Positions 10,570 to 23,577 of a stretch of 64,000 bases of DNA are shown piece by piece. How positions within the stretch are numbered: the first letter of the stretch is position 1; each line of letters begins with the position of its first letter. The notes under the pieces are model-generated. The model was not told the DNA's origin and did not search any database. It saw only the letters and a program-made list of their open reading frames with translations. Source of the stretch: Hemiscyllium ocellatum (Eukaryota); contig NC_083409.1 in NCBI RefSeq assembly GCF_020745735.1, forward strand, positions 14,665,873-14,729,872. Direction: 5' to 3'. Position numbers and translations under genes: made by a program.

Positions 10570-13500
10570 TAATATGAACTTCCTGTTCAGGTCAGCCTCA
10601 CAAGTGAAAACATTTTTCCCTCCATGCAGCTCAAGCACCTTCAGCGAGGACCACAGGCCTGACGGGAAGTTAACTTTAAATATACAAACGTACCTCGGGG
10701 GATCAGTGTTCTTCATTTTATGGGCGGCAGTTGGAGTGGGAGGAGCGACAATGAGGACCAGAGACCCGATGGGATGATAACTTTAAAATATAAAAACTTA
10801 GCTTGGCGGAGTGAACACTGAACAGGAACGGACGTGAGACTGCTTGACAAGTGAGGCTTTTGAAGGAGCAGCAGAGCGACAGGCCACAGCAAGACGCAGA
10901 GGACTGTTGGGTATATATTGGGGCAGCAGCTGATTCCCGATATACTACACGTGTCGTGTCTTCCCCCGCCCTCTCCTCTAACCAAAGAAAAGAACTCTCG
11001 TGTGTTGCAAAGGTAAGGCGTTTCAATTGATATTTCTTGTGTATTGTATGATTGATTAAAAGTTCATTATTAGTTGGTTAGTTGAATAACATTTAACTTA
11101 TAATTTTGTATAAATTAATTAAATAAGTAGAGATGGCTAGACAGTTGATGTGCTGTAGCTGTATGGTGTGGGAGCTGGCTGATCCCATTGTGAAGGGCAG
11201 TGACCACATCTGCAGCAAGTGTTGGTTGCTGAAAGAACTCTGGATCAGAATTGATGATCTGGAATCTGAGCTTCAAACACTGCGGGCACATCCGGGAGGG
11301 GAAATGTTACCTGGACGCAGTGATTCAGGAGGCAGTCACACCCGGTAGATTGAGTAATTCAAATTGCGTTAGTGATCAGGAACAACAGGGTGTGACTGTA
11401 AGTGAGGTAGGTAGGGAGATTCTGAGTTCAGGAGTGGAGGAGCCTCAGCCCTTGAACGTGTCCAACAGATATGTGATTTTTGCTCCCTGTATGGATGAGG
11501 AAAAGGGCTGTGGACAGGATGAGCCAGCTGACCTTGACACCATGGTTCAGAAGGCCACTCAAGAGCGGGAGCAAAAAGACAAGTAGTTGTTACAGGGGAT
11601 AAGCAGCAGGTTAGCATGTGTACAGGGTTTCAGTTCAAGGCAGACCAGGAATGAAGCAAAAATGAAGGATAACTTTGGACACATTACTAGAGATATTGGA
11701 AATCATGAGGAGAAGAAAATGAGCATTAAGGCACTTTACCTGAATGCTCATAGTATTTGTAACAAAGTAGATGAATTAACAGCACAAATAATCATGAATG
11801 ATGATGATGATGTGGTAGGCATCACAGAGACGTGGTTGCAGGCGGTTCAGGACTGACAGTTAAACATCCAAGGATTTACAACTTATCGAAAAGAAAGGGA
11901 GGTGGGCAGAGGGTGCAGGGTTGCCTTATTAGTTTAGAATGAAATTAAATCCATGGCACTGAATGTCACAGGATCAGATGATGTGGAGTTGAGGAACCAA
12001 AGGCAAAAAAAACCATAATGGGAGTTACGTACTGACCTCACAGCAGTGGTCAGGACCAAGGGCACAGGATGTACCAGGAAATAGATAGGGCATGTCAGAA
12101 TGGCAAGGTCAAGGTGACCATGGGGTACTTGAATATGCAAATGACCTAGTTGAATAATGTTGCCGGTGGATCCAAACAAAGGGTATTCATGGAATGCTTA
12201 CAGGATGGCTTTTTGGAACAGCTTGTGATGGAGCCCACGAGGGAGCAGGCTATTCTGGACTTAGTTTTATGTAATGAGCCAGACTTCATAAAAGGTCTTA
12301 AAGTCAGGGAACACTTAGGAAGCAGTGATCATAATATCATAGAGTTCAGGTTGCAGTTTGAAAGAGAGAAGGCAAAATCGGATGTAATGGTGTTACAGTT
12401 AAATAAAGGTAATTACAGGGCCATGAGAGAGGAACTGACGAAAATCAACTGGAAACAGAGCCTAGTGGGCAAGACAGGAGAGCAACAATGGCAGGAGTTT
12501 CTGGGTGTTTCCAGGTGGGGGGAGGTGGATTTAGAGAGCCATGGCTGACAAAGGAAGTCAGGACATGTATCAAAGAGAAAGAGAGAGCCTATGAAGTGGC
12601 TGGGAAGACTGGGAAATCAGAAGATTGGGAAGACTACAAAAACAAACAGAGGATAAGGAAGAGAGAAATCAGGAGGAAAGGATCAAATATGAAGGTAAGC
12701 TCACCAGTAATATTAGAAATGTTAGTGAAAGTTGCTTTCAATACATAAGAAATAGATGAGTGGCAAAAGTAGAAATTGAGCTGTTCCAAATTGATGCAGG
12801 AAGGCTAGAGATGGGAGTTAATAGCTGAAGAACTTAATAAGTACTTTGTGTCAGTCTTCACAGTGGAAGACATGAGTAATATCCCAACAGATAAGGAAAA
12901 TCAGGGAGCAGAGTTGAGTATGGTTGCCATTACAAAAGAGAGAGTGTTAGAAAAGCTAAAAGGTCTAAAAATTGCTAAATCTCCTGGCCCGATGGGCGAC
13001 ATCCTAGAGTTCAGAGGGAAGTGGCTCAGGAAATAGAGAAGGCGTTGGTTGTGATCTTTCAAACATCAATGGAGTCAGGGAAAGTCCCAGATGATTGGAA
13101 AATCACTGTTGCAACCCCCTTGTCTAAGAGGGATCCAGGCAAAAGATGGAAAATTACAGGCCGATTAGCCTAACCTCGGTTGTCGATAAAATTTGCAAAT
13201 ATGTTGTTAAGGATGATATTTCTAAATTCTTGGAAGTGCAGAACGATTAGATTAGATTAGATTAGAACGAGTCAGCATTGATGTAGTAAGAGGAGATCGT
13301 ACCTGACAAACCTGTTTGAATTCTTTTGAAGAGGTAAGAAGTAGGTTAGACCAGGGAAACCCAGTGGATGTTATCCATCTCGACTTCCAAATGGCCTTTG
13401 ATAAGGTGCCTTCTGGGAGACTGCTGAGTAAGGTGAGGGCCCATGGTGTTTGAGGTGAGCTACTGGCATGGATTGAGGATTGGCCGTCTGAAAGAAGGCA

Positions 13501-14545
13501 GAGAGTTGGGATAAAAGGTTCTTTTTCAGAATGGCAGCCAGTCACAAGTGGTGTCCCGCAGGATTCAGTGTTGGGGCCGCAGCTATTCACTTTATATATT
13601 AATGATCTGGATAAAGGGAACTGGGGGCTTTCTGGTAAAGTTCACCGATGATAAGTAGTTAGGTGGACAGGCAGGATGTTCTGAGGAGGTGGGGAGGCTA
13701 CAGAAAGATTTAGACAGTTTTGGAGGATGATCCAGGAAATGGCTGATGAAATTCAACGTGAGCAAATGCGAGGCCTTGCACTTTGGAAAAAAGAATACAG
13801 GCATGGACTATTTTTTAAACGGTGAAAAAATTCATAAAGCCAAAGTACAAAGGGATCTGAGAGTGCTAGACCAGGATTCTCTCAAAGTTGACTTATAGGT
13901 TGAGTCCGTGGTTAAGAAAGCAAATGTAATGTTGTCATTTATCTCAAGAGGATTGGAATATAAAAGCATTGATGTGCTTCTGAGACTTGATAAAGCTCTA
14001 GTTAGGCCCCATTTAGAAAGCTGTGTCCAATTTCGTGCCCCACACCTCAGGAAGGACATACTGGCACTAGTGTGTGTCCAGCAGAGACTCTCACGGATGA
14101 TCCCTGGAATGGTAGGCCTAACATACGATGAACGGCTGAGGAGCCTGGTATTGTATTCATTAGAGTTTAGAAGGTAGAAGGGAGATTTAATAGAAATATA
14201 CAAGATAAAGCATGGCTTAGAAAGGGTGGAAGCTAGGAAGTTGTTCCCGTTAGGCAGGGAAACTAGGGCCCATGCGCACAGCCTTAGAATGAGAGGGCGT
14301 CAATTTAGAATGGAAATGCTGAAACATTTCTTCAACCAGAATTCATTGCCATGGAGCACAGTGGAGGCTGGGATGTTGGGTGTCTTCAAGGCAGCGATTG
14401 ATAAATTCTTGATCCCACAAGGAATTAAGGGCTATGGAGAGAGTGCGGGTAAGTGGAGTTGAAATGCCCATCAGCCCTGACTAAATGGCGGAGTGGACTC
14501 AATGGGCCGAATGGCCTTACTTCCACTCCACTGTCTTATGGTCTT
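10570..14545 (+). mobile_element. Near full-length decayed CR1 LINE (5'UTR, ORF1 zinc-finger/coiled coil, ORF2 APE-RT, tail)
   Basis: ORF1 start MARQLMCCSC...HICSKC at 11133. Endonuclease motifs ALYLNAHSI, GITETWLQ and GSSDHN. RT region [13 protein letters not shown]. Tail near 14460-14540. Many stops and frameshifts. Confidence 0.92.
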
Positions 14546-14584
14546 CATTTTTAAACTTCTCTATCAAATCTCATTTTTAAAGTT

Positions 14585-15305
14585 CTGTATCCAGTCACTA
14601 GTTTATACAGTTAATGGTCGGGCCCTGGGGTGTGTTGCTGAACAAAGAGACCTCGGGATGCAAGTGCACAGTTCCTTGAAAGTGGAGTTGCAGGTAGAAA
14701 GGGTGGTGAAGAAGGCATTTGGCATGCTTGCCTTCATTGGTCAGAACATTGACTGTCGTGGTTGAAGTGTTACTTTGCAGCTGTACAGAACATTAGTGAG
14801 GCCTCGTCTGGAATACTGCATACAGTTCTGATCACCTTTCTGTAGGAAGGATGTTCAATCTGAGAGAGTGCAGAAAAGATTTACAAGGATGTTGCTGGGA
14901 CTGAGTTGCAGGGAGAGGCTGAATAGGCTGAAATATTTTTCCCATGGAGCATTGGAGGCTGAAGGGTTTTTGTAGAGGCTTATTAAATCATGAGGGGCAT
15001 GGATAGGGTGAATAGCCAAGATTTTTTTCCCAGGGCAGGGAAGTTGTAAACTAGAGGGCATAGGTTTGAGGTGAGAGGGATAACTTTTCAGGCGCAGTGA
15101 GCTGCACACATGGAATGAGCTGCCCGAGTGGTGGAGAGGGGAATAATTACAACATGTACCTTTTAAAGGCATCGGGATGGGTACATGAATAGGAAGGGTT
15201 GAGAAGGATTTGGGCCAAATGCTGGCAAACTGGGACTAGGTCACATTGGGATATCTGGTTGGTGCGGATGACCTGGGTCTGTTGTATACCTGACTCTATG
15301 ACCCC
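14585..15305 (+). mobile_element. CR1 LINE 3' fragment
   Basis: QRDLGMQVHSSLKV...AFGMLAFIGQ motif followed by a typical CR1 tail. Confidence 0.85.
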
Positions 15306-15787
15306 ATGAATTTTGATGTCAATGCTGAATCAACCTTTTGAGATAAAATATTTCATGGTCAGAGCTATCTGGAATTTAATGTCTTTTTTTAAAAAAAATG
15401 CATTTGTAATGAAGTCGATCTGTTTACTCTGTGTGAAAAAGAAAGAGAATGGATCATTATTTTTAAAGAGGAAATGATGGCTAAAGGTTGCTTTGACATC
15501 AAACTTGTACACTTGCTGCTGCAGAATATTATATGTTCATTCAGAATATAATCTGTTCTGTTGGGTGAGTTTTTGAGATGTGCCTTAAAGCAGTTTAGTG
15601 GGTGAGAGATTTCTATGAAGTATTGAGTATTGTTGGAATAGAGAACTGCCACATATACTGTGATCCGACCCCCATGCTGTAAGTTTTCAAACAATTAAAT
15701 CACTGCCGATTCATATTCAATCCCCTTTTGTATGTGAAATGTGATCTTTGTTGTGCTTCCCACTTCCCTATCTCTATCTACTGAGGA

Positions 15788-17100
15788 TGTGAACCCTGAA
15801 TGCAGACTGAGGTAACCAGTTGTTGTCAGGAACAACCACTTCACACATGCTCTTACTAACTAAAATGGGAACAAAATGGCTTCTTAATGCAAATAATGTG
15901 ACAAAATGGCTTCTAGGCTGCAAATTGACAATTCTGCTAAAAGCTGCATAAAATAGCTTTTAACGCTATTAGAGCTGCATAATTGACTATCACAGTCTGC
16001 CTCAACAGAGCTGAGCAGGCAATGCTTCCTTTACAGCGTAGAAATAACTAGACTAGATGAGACATTACTGGCCAATCTAACTGACCTTCAAGTGCTGGTG
16101 CAAAGATTCCGTTAGTGAGATAAGAGGGGCTTAAGTGTTGGAAAATAAAATTGGTTCCCAGGAAATATCATTGGACCAAGTTGCTGTCAGTTAAGATTAT
16201 TTCGTAACTTGATTGGTAATTGTCTGAATGTACTACACGATAATGGCCTGTACCTTTCTTTAAGAAAAGTATAAATATATCTTTGTTTTAAGCCATGCGT
16301 GCAGCTCCTCTGAGGAACACGGAAGTGTATAACCTCTGTGTTTCTGGGCGATCTGTGCCTGGCCGTATGAAAAATAAAAAATGAAGTGTTAAAGAACCAG
16401 ACAGAATGTGAGTGCTTATTGACCGATCACGGAACAGAACCTCCCCCGCCCCAGTCCACTGGGGTCCAAATCCCATCTGGTGCTATGACTCGGACTCGTT
16501 ACGGACAGATTATGGGAAGTGGTGTAAGTGCCTTGAGTCCTCCGCTATTGAGTGTAGAGGAATCGGCCAGCCAGGCGTGAGTATTTTGGTCGTTTGGTTT
16601 CCCTCTCATTCATTAGTGGTTCACTTGACCCCTCGTTACTTACCAGGGATCGGCCTTGGTAAGAATTAATTCAGAAAAGATTAAAGAGGAGGTGGGGACA
16701 CCCACGAACAGGTCGGGGACCTGTGGATCCAAAATATAGTCCAGGACACACTTTTTTTAAAAAAAGAGAGGAGTCGGGACTCCGATTCGGTCGGATTGGT
16801 GTTGTCTAAATTAATTCTGAAATTGTTCTGTGAAAGACAAAGCAAAGAAGTATCACGATATAACAAAACTGTCGGGTTTTATAATGTCGAGAATGTTTTG
16901 CAGAAATCGTTAGTCTTGTTGTTCAATGTTGGGTTGTTGATTAGTGAAAGTTTCTAAACTATCTGAAGCATGGCTGCATTAATTCGTTGCTACCAAAGAA
17001 TGCAAAGAATTCTGCCTGTGATTGGGAGATCCCAAATGCTGTGTGCCAGCCCTGACGGGGTTGATTGGGACCAGGATACCCACTGGGGGCGTAACCTACC
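15788..17100 (+). mobile_element. Endogenous retrovirus 5' LTR, PBS and leader fragment
   Basis: Candidate TG start at 15788, ATTGG 16212, TATAAA 16270, AATAAA 16373, CA end at 16475. PBS TGGTGCTATGACTCGGAC at 16478-16495 matches the tRNA-His 3' complement at 15/18. LTR start and leader end are uncertain. Confidence 0.7.
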
Positions 17101-17114
17101 TCAGAGGCTCACCC

Positions 17115-18801
17115 AGCAATCTGATCAAAATCACCAGTGACAAAAATCTCACTGAGGCCCATGTGCTCTCCTTTCCTGAGCATTTCAGCAGCAGGGAATG
17201 AATGAAGGGGAGAAGCTTTCTCGAAGTGTTTCACCAAGTATCAGTGTGGATGATGAAATCAGTGAGCGGCTGGGTGAGAAATACTCTCCCAGCTGTGGTA
17301 GCGTACATTCAGAACAACTTGGAGACTTGAAATCACCAACTGAGAAGAGCAAAGTGTTGCCAGCAATGAGGAACAGACTCCCATGCCATCACACTGTCTC
17401 TGTCCGTGTCACACTCAAACAGCCATGTCCCTGAAACCGATGAGCTGCCTGAATTCCAAATTGGTGCAAGAATTTTAGTTAGTAGCATCCAACTAGGGAC
17501 ACTTTGCTTCAAGGGCAGAACTAGCTTTCCCAATGGCTTTTGGGCTAGTGCAGGATAAGCCAGAAGGCAGTAATAATGGGACATGTGATGGAGGTTGAGC
17601 CAGAGCTTTCAAAGGAATTAGCAGAACTGTAGGCGGAAGAGTTTGGTCAAAGTAATACTCCTGGAGGGCAAGTAGACTTTAAGCTCTGTTCATTTAAAAA
17701 CAATTTGAATGATCAAAATGTAAGTAATCAGTTTTCTGAACCAAGTAAGTCTGACTTGCTGCACATTATTAATGAATCTAGCAAGGCAGTGGTAACCTTT
17801 GGAGATGACCAAAATTGAAAAGAGAGCTTGTCCAAGTCTGGTGAGGAGGAACGATTGGCAAACTTGAGTGAAGACCAGAATGTAGAAAACATGAACTGGA
17901 ATGATGTGTTCATAGAGAAGGCATCCAAGGCAGTACTGGAGACAGAAACCAAAATCAATACCAATGTGTCTGTGTGTTCTTCCAGTGCACAATGGGAGAC
18001 GTTTTCACTAAATATCCATGAGATCTCTTCATCTCCTCTGTTGGATTTACTGAACAGGGAAAAGGACCAACTTGAGGCTCAATTTAAAGTACCATTCCTC
18101 GAGCCTGAATCTGAGGAAATCCATGAGGAGCCACGTGGACATTAAAAGAGAGGAACCAAAGGGCGATTGTGAGGATAGTGAAAACTTTAACGGAGATGAT
18201 CTGAAGAGCAGTGACTCAAAGGCCAATTCTTTGGTTGATATGATACAGGTAGACAATCTTTTAACCCGAATCCCGAAATCCGAAAAGCTCAAGTCCGAAG
18301 TTGTTTTTGTGAAGTTATTCCTCATTAACATGGCTGTTTGACGCATCACTCTGATGTGATGTAGTGGGGGATGGGGGGAGCTGCACTGGCAAACCACAAC
18401 TCTGTTTCATCGCCCCATTTTACAGAGTGAGTGTGCTCCTCCGGTATGATTTTAATCATTTCACCATCAAACTGTCACTTATTCTGAAATTTGAAGAGTT
18501 CTGAATTCCGAGAACCAGCTGGTTCCGAGCATTTCAGAGAAAGGATTGTGTACCTGAGCTATCTCCCTTTGTCAAGGCCACTGTTGGACAATTACATGAC
18601 ATCACAAAGTCTCGAGCTGAGAAGATCCAACTTACTAATCAAGGATTACAGTTCAAATTGGATGTTGAATCCTGACCCAGGTCATCTTCCAAGAATCGAG
18701 AGGAGGAACACAAGACTGTTATCCAATTGGAGACATCTGAAAGAGATTACAGTGATGATGATAAGGAGGAAGTATTATCTCCAGATCTTTGTCCTCGACC
18801 T
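17115..18801 (+). pseudogene. CEP350: CEP350 copy B, 3' part of the large CAP-Gly exon, degraded
   Basis: Motifs DDEISERLGEK...LKSPTE, ELPEFQIGARILV...GTLCFKGRTSFPNGFW / DKPEGSNNGTCDG (frameshifted CAP-Gly), SPLLDLLNREKDQLEAQ and EKIQLTNQ...KEEVLSPDLCPRP. Ends at a GCAAGT donor. 5' boundary approximate. Confidence 0.9.
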
Positions 18802-20477
18802 GCAAGTATTAATTTTGAACCTGTTTTGGGATGGATTTGAATTTCAAGAATTGGAGATGTGTTATTGGTCTCGAAGCATTGATGCAATTGTTTTATTAAT
18901 AATTCCAGAGCTGCTTAAATTCCCATGTTTTAACATACTGACAGGATTGTCATTGTTTCTGTCACAATATGTCAAAATACAACTCCACTTTTTTCAGGCA
19001 CATTTTGCAGGTCATCATTTTCGGAAATTACCCTGAGTGTTCCCCTTTACTGAGGACACTTTACAAAAAGACTGTTGAATTGTTAATTATATTTGTGGGT
19101 GATAAAATCCAGCTTTGGGCAATATTAATAAAATTTCTGGTGTTTCGGTGTTTTCCACCTTGCCCATCAATTCTCAAAATATGTGTAAGTATGCTTAATT
19201 ATTTCTCAAGATTTAGTGACCATTTCCACTGTGTAATTATTGAGTTTAGAACTGAAGGATTGCTTTTGAAATCCAAAACTTTTACTCTTGCACTTTTCTG
19301 TCGTTCCGAAAAGGGAGGAAGTGTTTTTAAAGATGTTCTTTTAAACTAAGTTTTTGATGATGCTTTTCAATCTCTTGCTAAATCAGTTCACACACACTTT
19401 ATCCAGCGTCGTGTTCTGAAGCAAAGTCCCGAGCCTGAATGACCATCTGATTAGAAGAACAGAAGTGTTTATGGTTTGCACGTATTAACATTGATTGGAC
19501 AAGCAGCTCTTTTGATGAAAATGCTTGACAAGTTCTCATACTGTCCATTCCTTTCTGAGCATTCAATGTAGGAAGTCATTGAAATAGGTGCTTGAGTCAG
19601 TTTGATTTGACACAGCAACATCCTGACTAAACTGACACATGCTTTTCTGATTTGTCAATATTTGTGTTTCCCTGTAAAGTGCAGGAATAAAAAGGGGTGC
19701 AGCAGTCAACTGAAAGTGATCTGATTTTGGAAAGCTGAAGCTCAGAACGTTCAGTCTGAAATCGTTCATTCCCCTAAGTACACGACAGTTAGTAGATGAA
19801 GAGATTCTCCATACTCCAGGAAAGATTTGAACAGTCTGTATCAATTTCCTAAAATGGACATTATTTTCTCCATGGTAACTCGTAACTAGCCATATTTCTT
19901 GTGATTGCATTGTTTGAAGGATATTCACGGATTTCATCACAATGTATCTGACCCGAAACTGTTCAAAAGCTGTATTCTCCCCATCCTCCACACTCCATGA
20001 TAGTCAGCAGTGGGATCTCTCCCTTTGTGAGCCTCGTGAAGTATTGCTCAGTGTGTTGTGTTCTTTTCATAACAAATGTATTTTTAAAGCTCAGGAAGAC
20101 CACTTGGGATACTTTGCATCTTTGTAAAGATGATTTTTTTTTCCACCACCTTGATCAAGTCAAGTATTTTTAAAAATTTAAAATGAGTATAAAGCATTTC
20201 TCCAGACTCCATTAACTGAATTGTGTATTGAGTTTGAGTACTCAATCTGATAAAATATACTGTTTAATGTCACTCCATGTGGAAAGCTTAACTTTAATTA
20301 CATGGCTGAGAATAAATTGGAAATGAATTCCAGCCTGTGTCCAACTCGTCAGACATACTCTGAGATATCAAAAGAAGGTTTTTGTTTGTTTGTCTCCCTG
20401 TTTTCATGCTTTGATTTCAGTTTTGTTCCTGACCTTCAGTTTCTAGATTGACCAACAGTCTGTGTACTTTGCAACAG

Positions 20478-20860
20478 GGCAGCCCAGTGTTTGGCACAAG
20501 TGGGCAGGAAGAATTGGCCAAATGCCTGGCAGAGTTGGAATTGAGTCATGAGGCACTCGATGACCTGGTAGATGACCAAGATTGGTTTGATGAGGACTTT
20601 GGGCTGAGCTGTAGCAAAGTGCAGCATCCAGTGCAGGAGGCCCAGTCTCCACAGGATGGGCCTCTGAAAATCCAAGGGAACCTACTTTGCTGCAGCTCCT
20701 GATGCTTTAGAGGTTGAGAAGATGGTTCATGCAGTGGCTGAGGAAGTTGAAGGAACTTGGCCACGATCCAGGAAATCTACGAATACCCCTACAAATTCTT
20801 ATCTTGAGAATAAGAAATGGAAAGATGTAGACAGTGTGAGCAAAAGAGTTTTTTTGTGAG
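20478..20860 (+). pseudogene. CEP350: CEP350 copy B exon (GSPVFGTSGQEELAKCLAELELS...DDQDWFDEDFGLS), frameshifted
   Basis: CAG acceptor, GTGAG donor at 20861. 383 nt, a net -1 relative to copy A plus 144. TGA at 20700-20702. Confidence 0.92.
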
Positions 20861-21289
20861 GTGAGCTTCAGCTTTTGCGTTTGAACACAAAATTATTTTT
20901 TCTCAATTAAACAAGAAAGGTGTGAGTTAATAGTGCTCCACAGCAGCTCTGATTAATGATATGCATAACAGAGCATGTTAAAAACATTATCTCGATCCTG
21001 ATGACTGCATTGAATTCAATTTACCATTTTGCCCCTTCCATAAAAGTCCAAGGCCCCCTTTCTCCTCCACTGTTTGTACTCTCCCATTATTAATTTATCA
21101 TCATCAACCTCCTCCTCATCCTGTTATTCACTAAATCCCATCTGTCACAACTTTGCCGACTCTGAGAATCTATAGTTTCTGTTTCTATTTACATAATATC
21201 TAGTGTCTCTTCCAGTCACTCATTTTTTTGAATTCTTCTGTATCATCTGTCTTTCCATTGGTTGATAATACAACATATAATTATTAATC

Positions 21290-22245
21290 ATCTTCTTAAA
21301 ACTCTCCAGAATCTTATCTTCCACAGGTCACTCCATAATTTTCAGATGAAGAAAGCCTTAAAGGTTGCACTTTTCTGTCCGAACTTGTAATGAGGTTCCC
21401 AAAATTGACCAAAATATTCTAAGATCTTATGCAACTTAATGTCTTAATCGTTTGTGTGCAGTTGGATGTGTCAGGTTTTTTTTAATGGCCGTATCTATCA
21501 CTTTAAATGGCCTGTATGTTTGAATACTTTGTGGCCTTTTTCTCTGATCTGATTAGGATCTTACCATTTCAGGTGTAATCCCTTTTCTTATCCACTTAAT
21601 GTATTACTTCATCTCACTCTCAACTTCAATTCCATCTTCCGGAAAATGTTCTTCTGTATCTGTCACTGCAGTACAGTTCCATCTCTGTCCCTTCAACCCA
21701 AGTCGGAATCATTTAGTTTCCTTCTCTTAAATTCCCAAGTCAAGATTGTGTTTATTACTATAACAATTAAGGGCAATCTGAGCATGGGCTCCTGTGGACC
21801 CCTTCCATTCTCCACACCTTTCTCATGTGAAATCTTTATTTTACCCCGAACCTTGCATTTTCCCAACCACCTCTATCCATTTGACTGTGCTCCCCCTTCA
21901 TTTGAGGTGTTTTTGAGTTTTGCCATTGGTCTTCTCAGAGGTAACTTCTTGAAATAATTTCTGAAAATCCATGTAAAACATGAACACTTCTTTTCGTTCT
22001 AATCTGCTCTTTTATTAATACATCCTTGTCAAGTTATTTGGTAGTTCACAACCTGTTAATTAGAAATTCATGCCAATTGTTCCCGACTAGCTACTGTCTC
22101 TTGAAGTGCTCATATTTATCTCTATATTTTTAACTCTTAATTTACCAACAACTGAAGCAAAACTAACTGACTGAGAAATTCCTGTTTTTCTTATTTTGAT
22201 CGAGAAGTTAGCTGCCCGAAAATCCTCTGGTCAAGTTTTAGGAGC
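21290..22245. mobile_element. Unclassified ~950-bp insertion specific to copy B intron
   Basis: Flanks are collinear with copy A ~5270/5280, but this block is absent from copy A. Confidence 0.5.
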
Positions 22246-22429
22246 TAATAATTGGAGCCATGATAGTTGCTTTCTATTTCCAGCATGTCGCACAGAAGTC
22301 ATTCATTTTTTTCAAAGATTTGCCTCATTTTGTGTTGTGGTGCCTTCCTTAGTTTTATATTAGTAAGCTTGTCTAATACATCTGCACCTACCCTTGGTCG
22401 TTCTGCAATCCTATTAAACTGCTGTGCTT

Positions 22430-22487
22430 TTCCAGCAACACATTTTCAGCTCTGATCTCAGCATCTGCAGTCCTCACTTTCTCCTAA
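22430..22487 (+). mobile_element. Penelope-like terminal repeat fragment at the gap edge
   Basis: Same sequence as 31490-31555 (tgctg.gcttttccagcaacacattttcagctctgatct). Confidence 0.6.
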
Positions 22488-22987
22488 NNNNNNNNNNNNN
22501 NNNNNNNNNNNNNNNNNNNNNNNNNNNNNNNNNNNNNNNNNNNNNNNNNNNNNNNNNNNNNNNNNNNNNNNNNNNNNNNNNNNNNNNNNNNNNNNNNNNN
22601 NNNNNNNNNNNNNNNNNNNNNNNNNNNNNNNNNNNNNNNNNNNNNNNNNNNNNNNNNNNNNNNNNNNNNNNNNNNNNNNNNNNNNNNNNNNNNNNNNNNN
22701 NNNNNNNNNNNNNNNNNNNNNNNNNNNNNNNNNNNNNNNNNNNNNNNNNNNNNNNNNNNNNNNNNNNNNNNNNNNNNNNNNNNNNNNNNNNNNNNNNNNN
22801 NNNNNNNNNNNNNNNNNNNNNNNNNNNNNNNNNNNNNNNNNNNNNNNNNNNNNNNNNNNNNNNNNNNNNNNNNNNNNNNNNNNNNNNNNNNNNNNNNNNN
22901 NNNNNNNNNNNNNNNNNNNNNNNNNNNNNNNNNNNNNNNNNNNNNNNNNNNNNNNNNNNNNNNNNNNNNNNNNNNNNNNNNNNNNNN
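22488..22987. other. Assembly gap (500 N)
   Basis: Run of n characters. Confidence 1.
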
Positions 22988-23562
22988 GCCTCAGTAGTGA
23001 TGCTTCTGAGCAGCTTTTGATGGTGGACTTTGAAGTCCCTTACTCACGGTATATCCTGCATCATTCCCACCCTCAGTGCTCCCTCCAAGTGTTGTCAAAC
23101 ATGGAGGAGGACTGACTGCTCCGTTGAGGTTGGAGCGGAGGGCGGTGCTATGTGGTAATCAGCAGGAGGTTTCCTTCCCCATGTTTGACCTGCTGTCATG
23201 AGGCTTCATGGGTTCCATAGTTAATGGTGAGGACTCCCAGGGCAACTCCCTTCTGACTGTACACACCACTGTGTTGCTTTCCCTGCTTGGTCTATCCTGC
23301 CAGTTAAAAACTGAATGAGGGAACAATTCTGTGCAGGTTTCACAGCTTGGAGACAGAGCTGCTGCTGGATTCTGTTTCTAATCTCGAAGTGCAGGCGTGT
23401 GTGTTTGTGAGAGAGTGACTGACACTTTTTCCATCACCGTGCTGTTTCTGAAAAGAAAAATCCCAGAACCAGCCTCCTGTGCTGTCAGGTTCCAGGGAGA
23501 GCAGACAGTTCACAGTTTTCTCCCATCTCAGTAACAAACACCCAGCTGCTCCGAGCTCCTTC

Positions 23563-23577
23563 TTTCACTTCCTCTTT
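23563..23577 (-). promoter_or_regulatory. ETS-IRF composite element (PU.1/Spi-B + IRF4/8), candidate
   Basis: TTTCACTTCCTCTTT, reverse complement AAAGAGGAAGTGAAA. CAGCTG E-box at 23543-23548. Confidence 0.5.

Noticed and set aside
18330-18560. Possible inverted piece of CEP350 exon inside the large exon
   Set aside because: Only a very short peptide resemblance on the minus strand; needs an alignment.
22424-23020. 198-aa ORF in the track
   Set aside because: Artefact of translating through 500 Ns.
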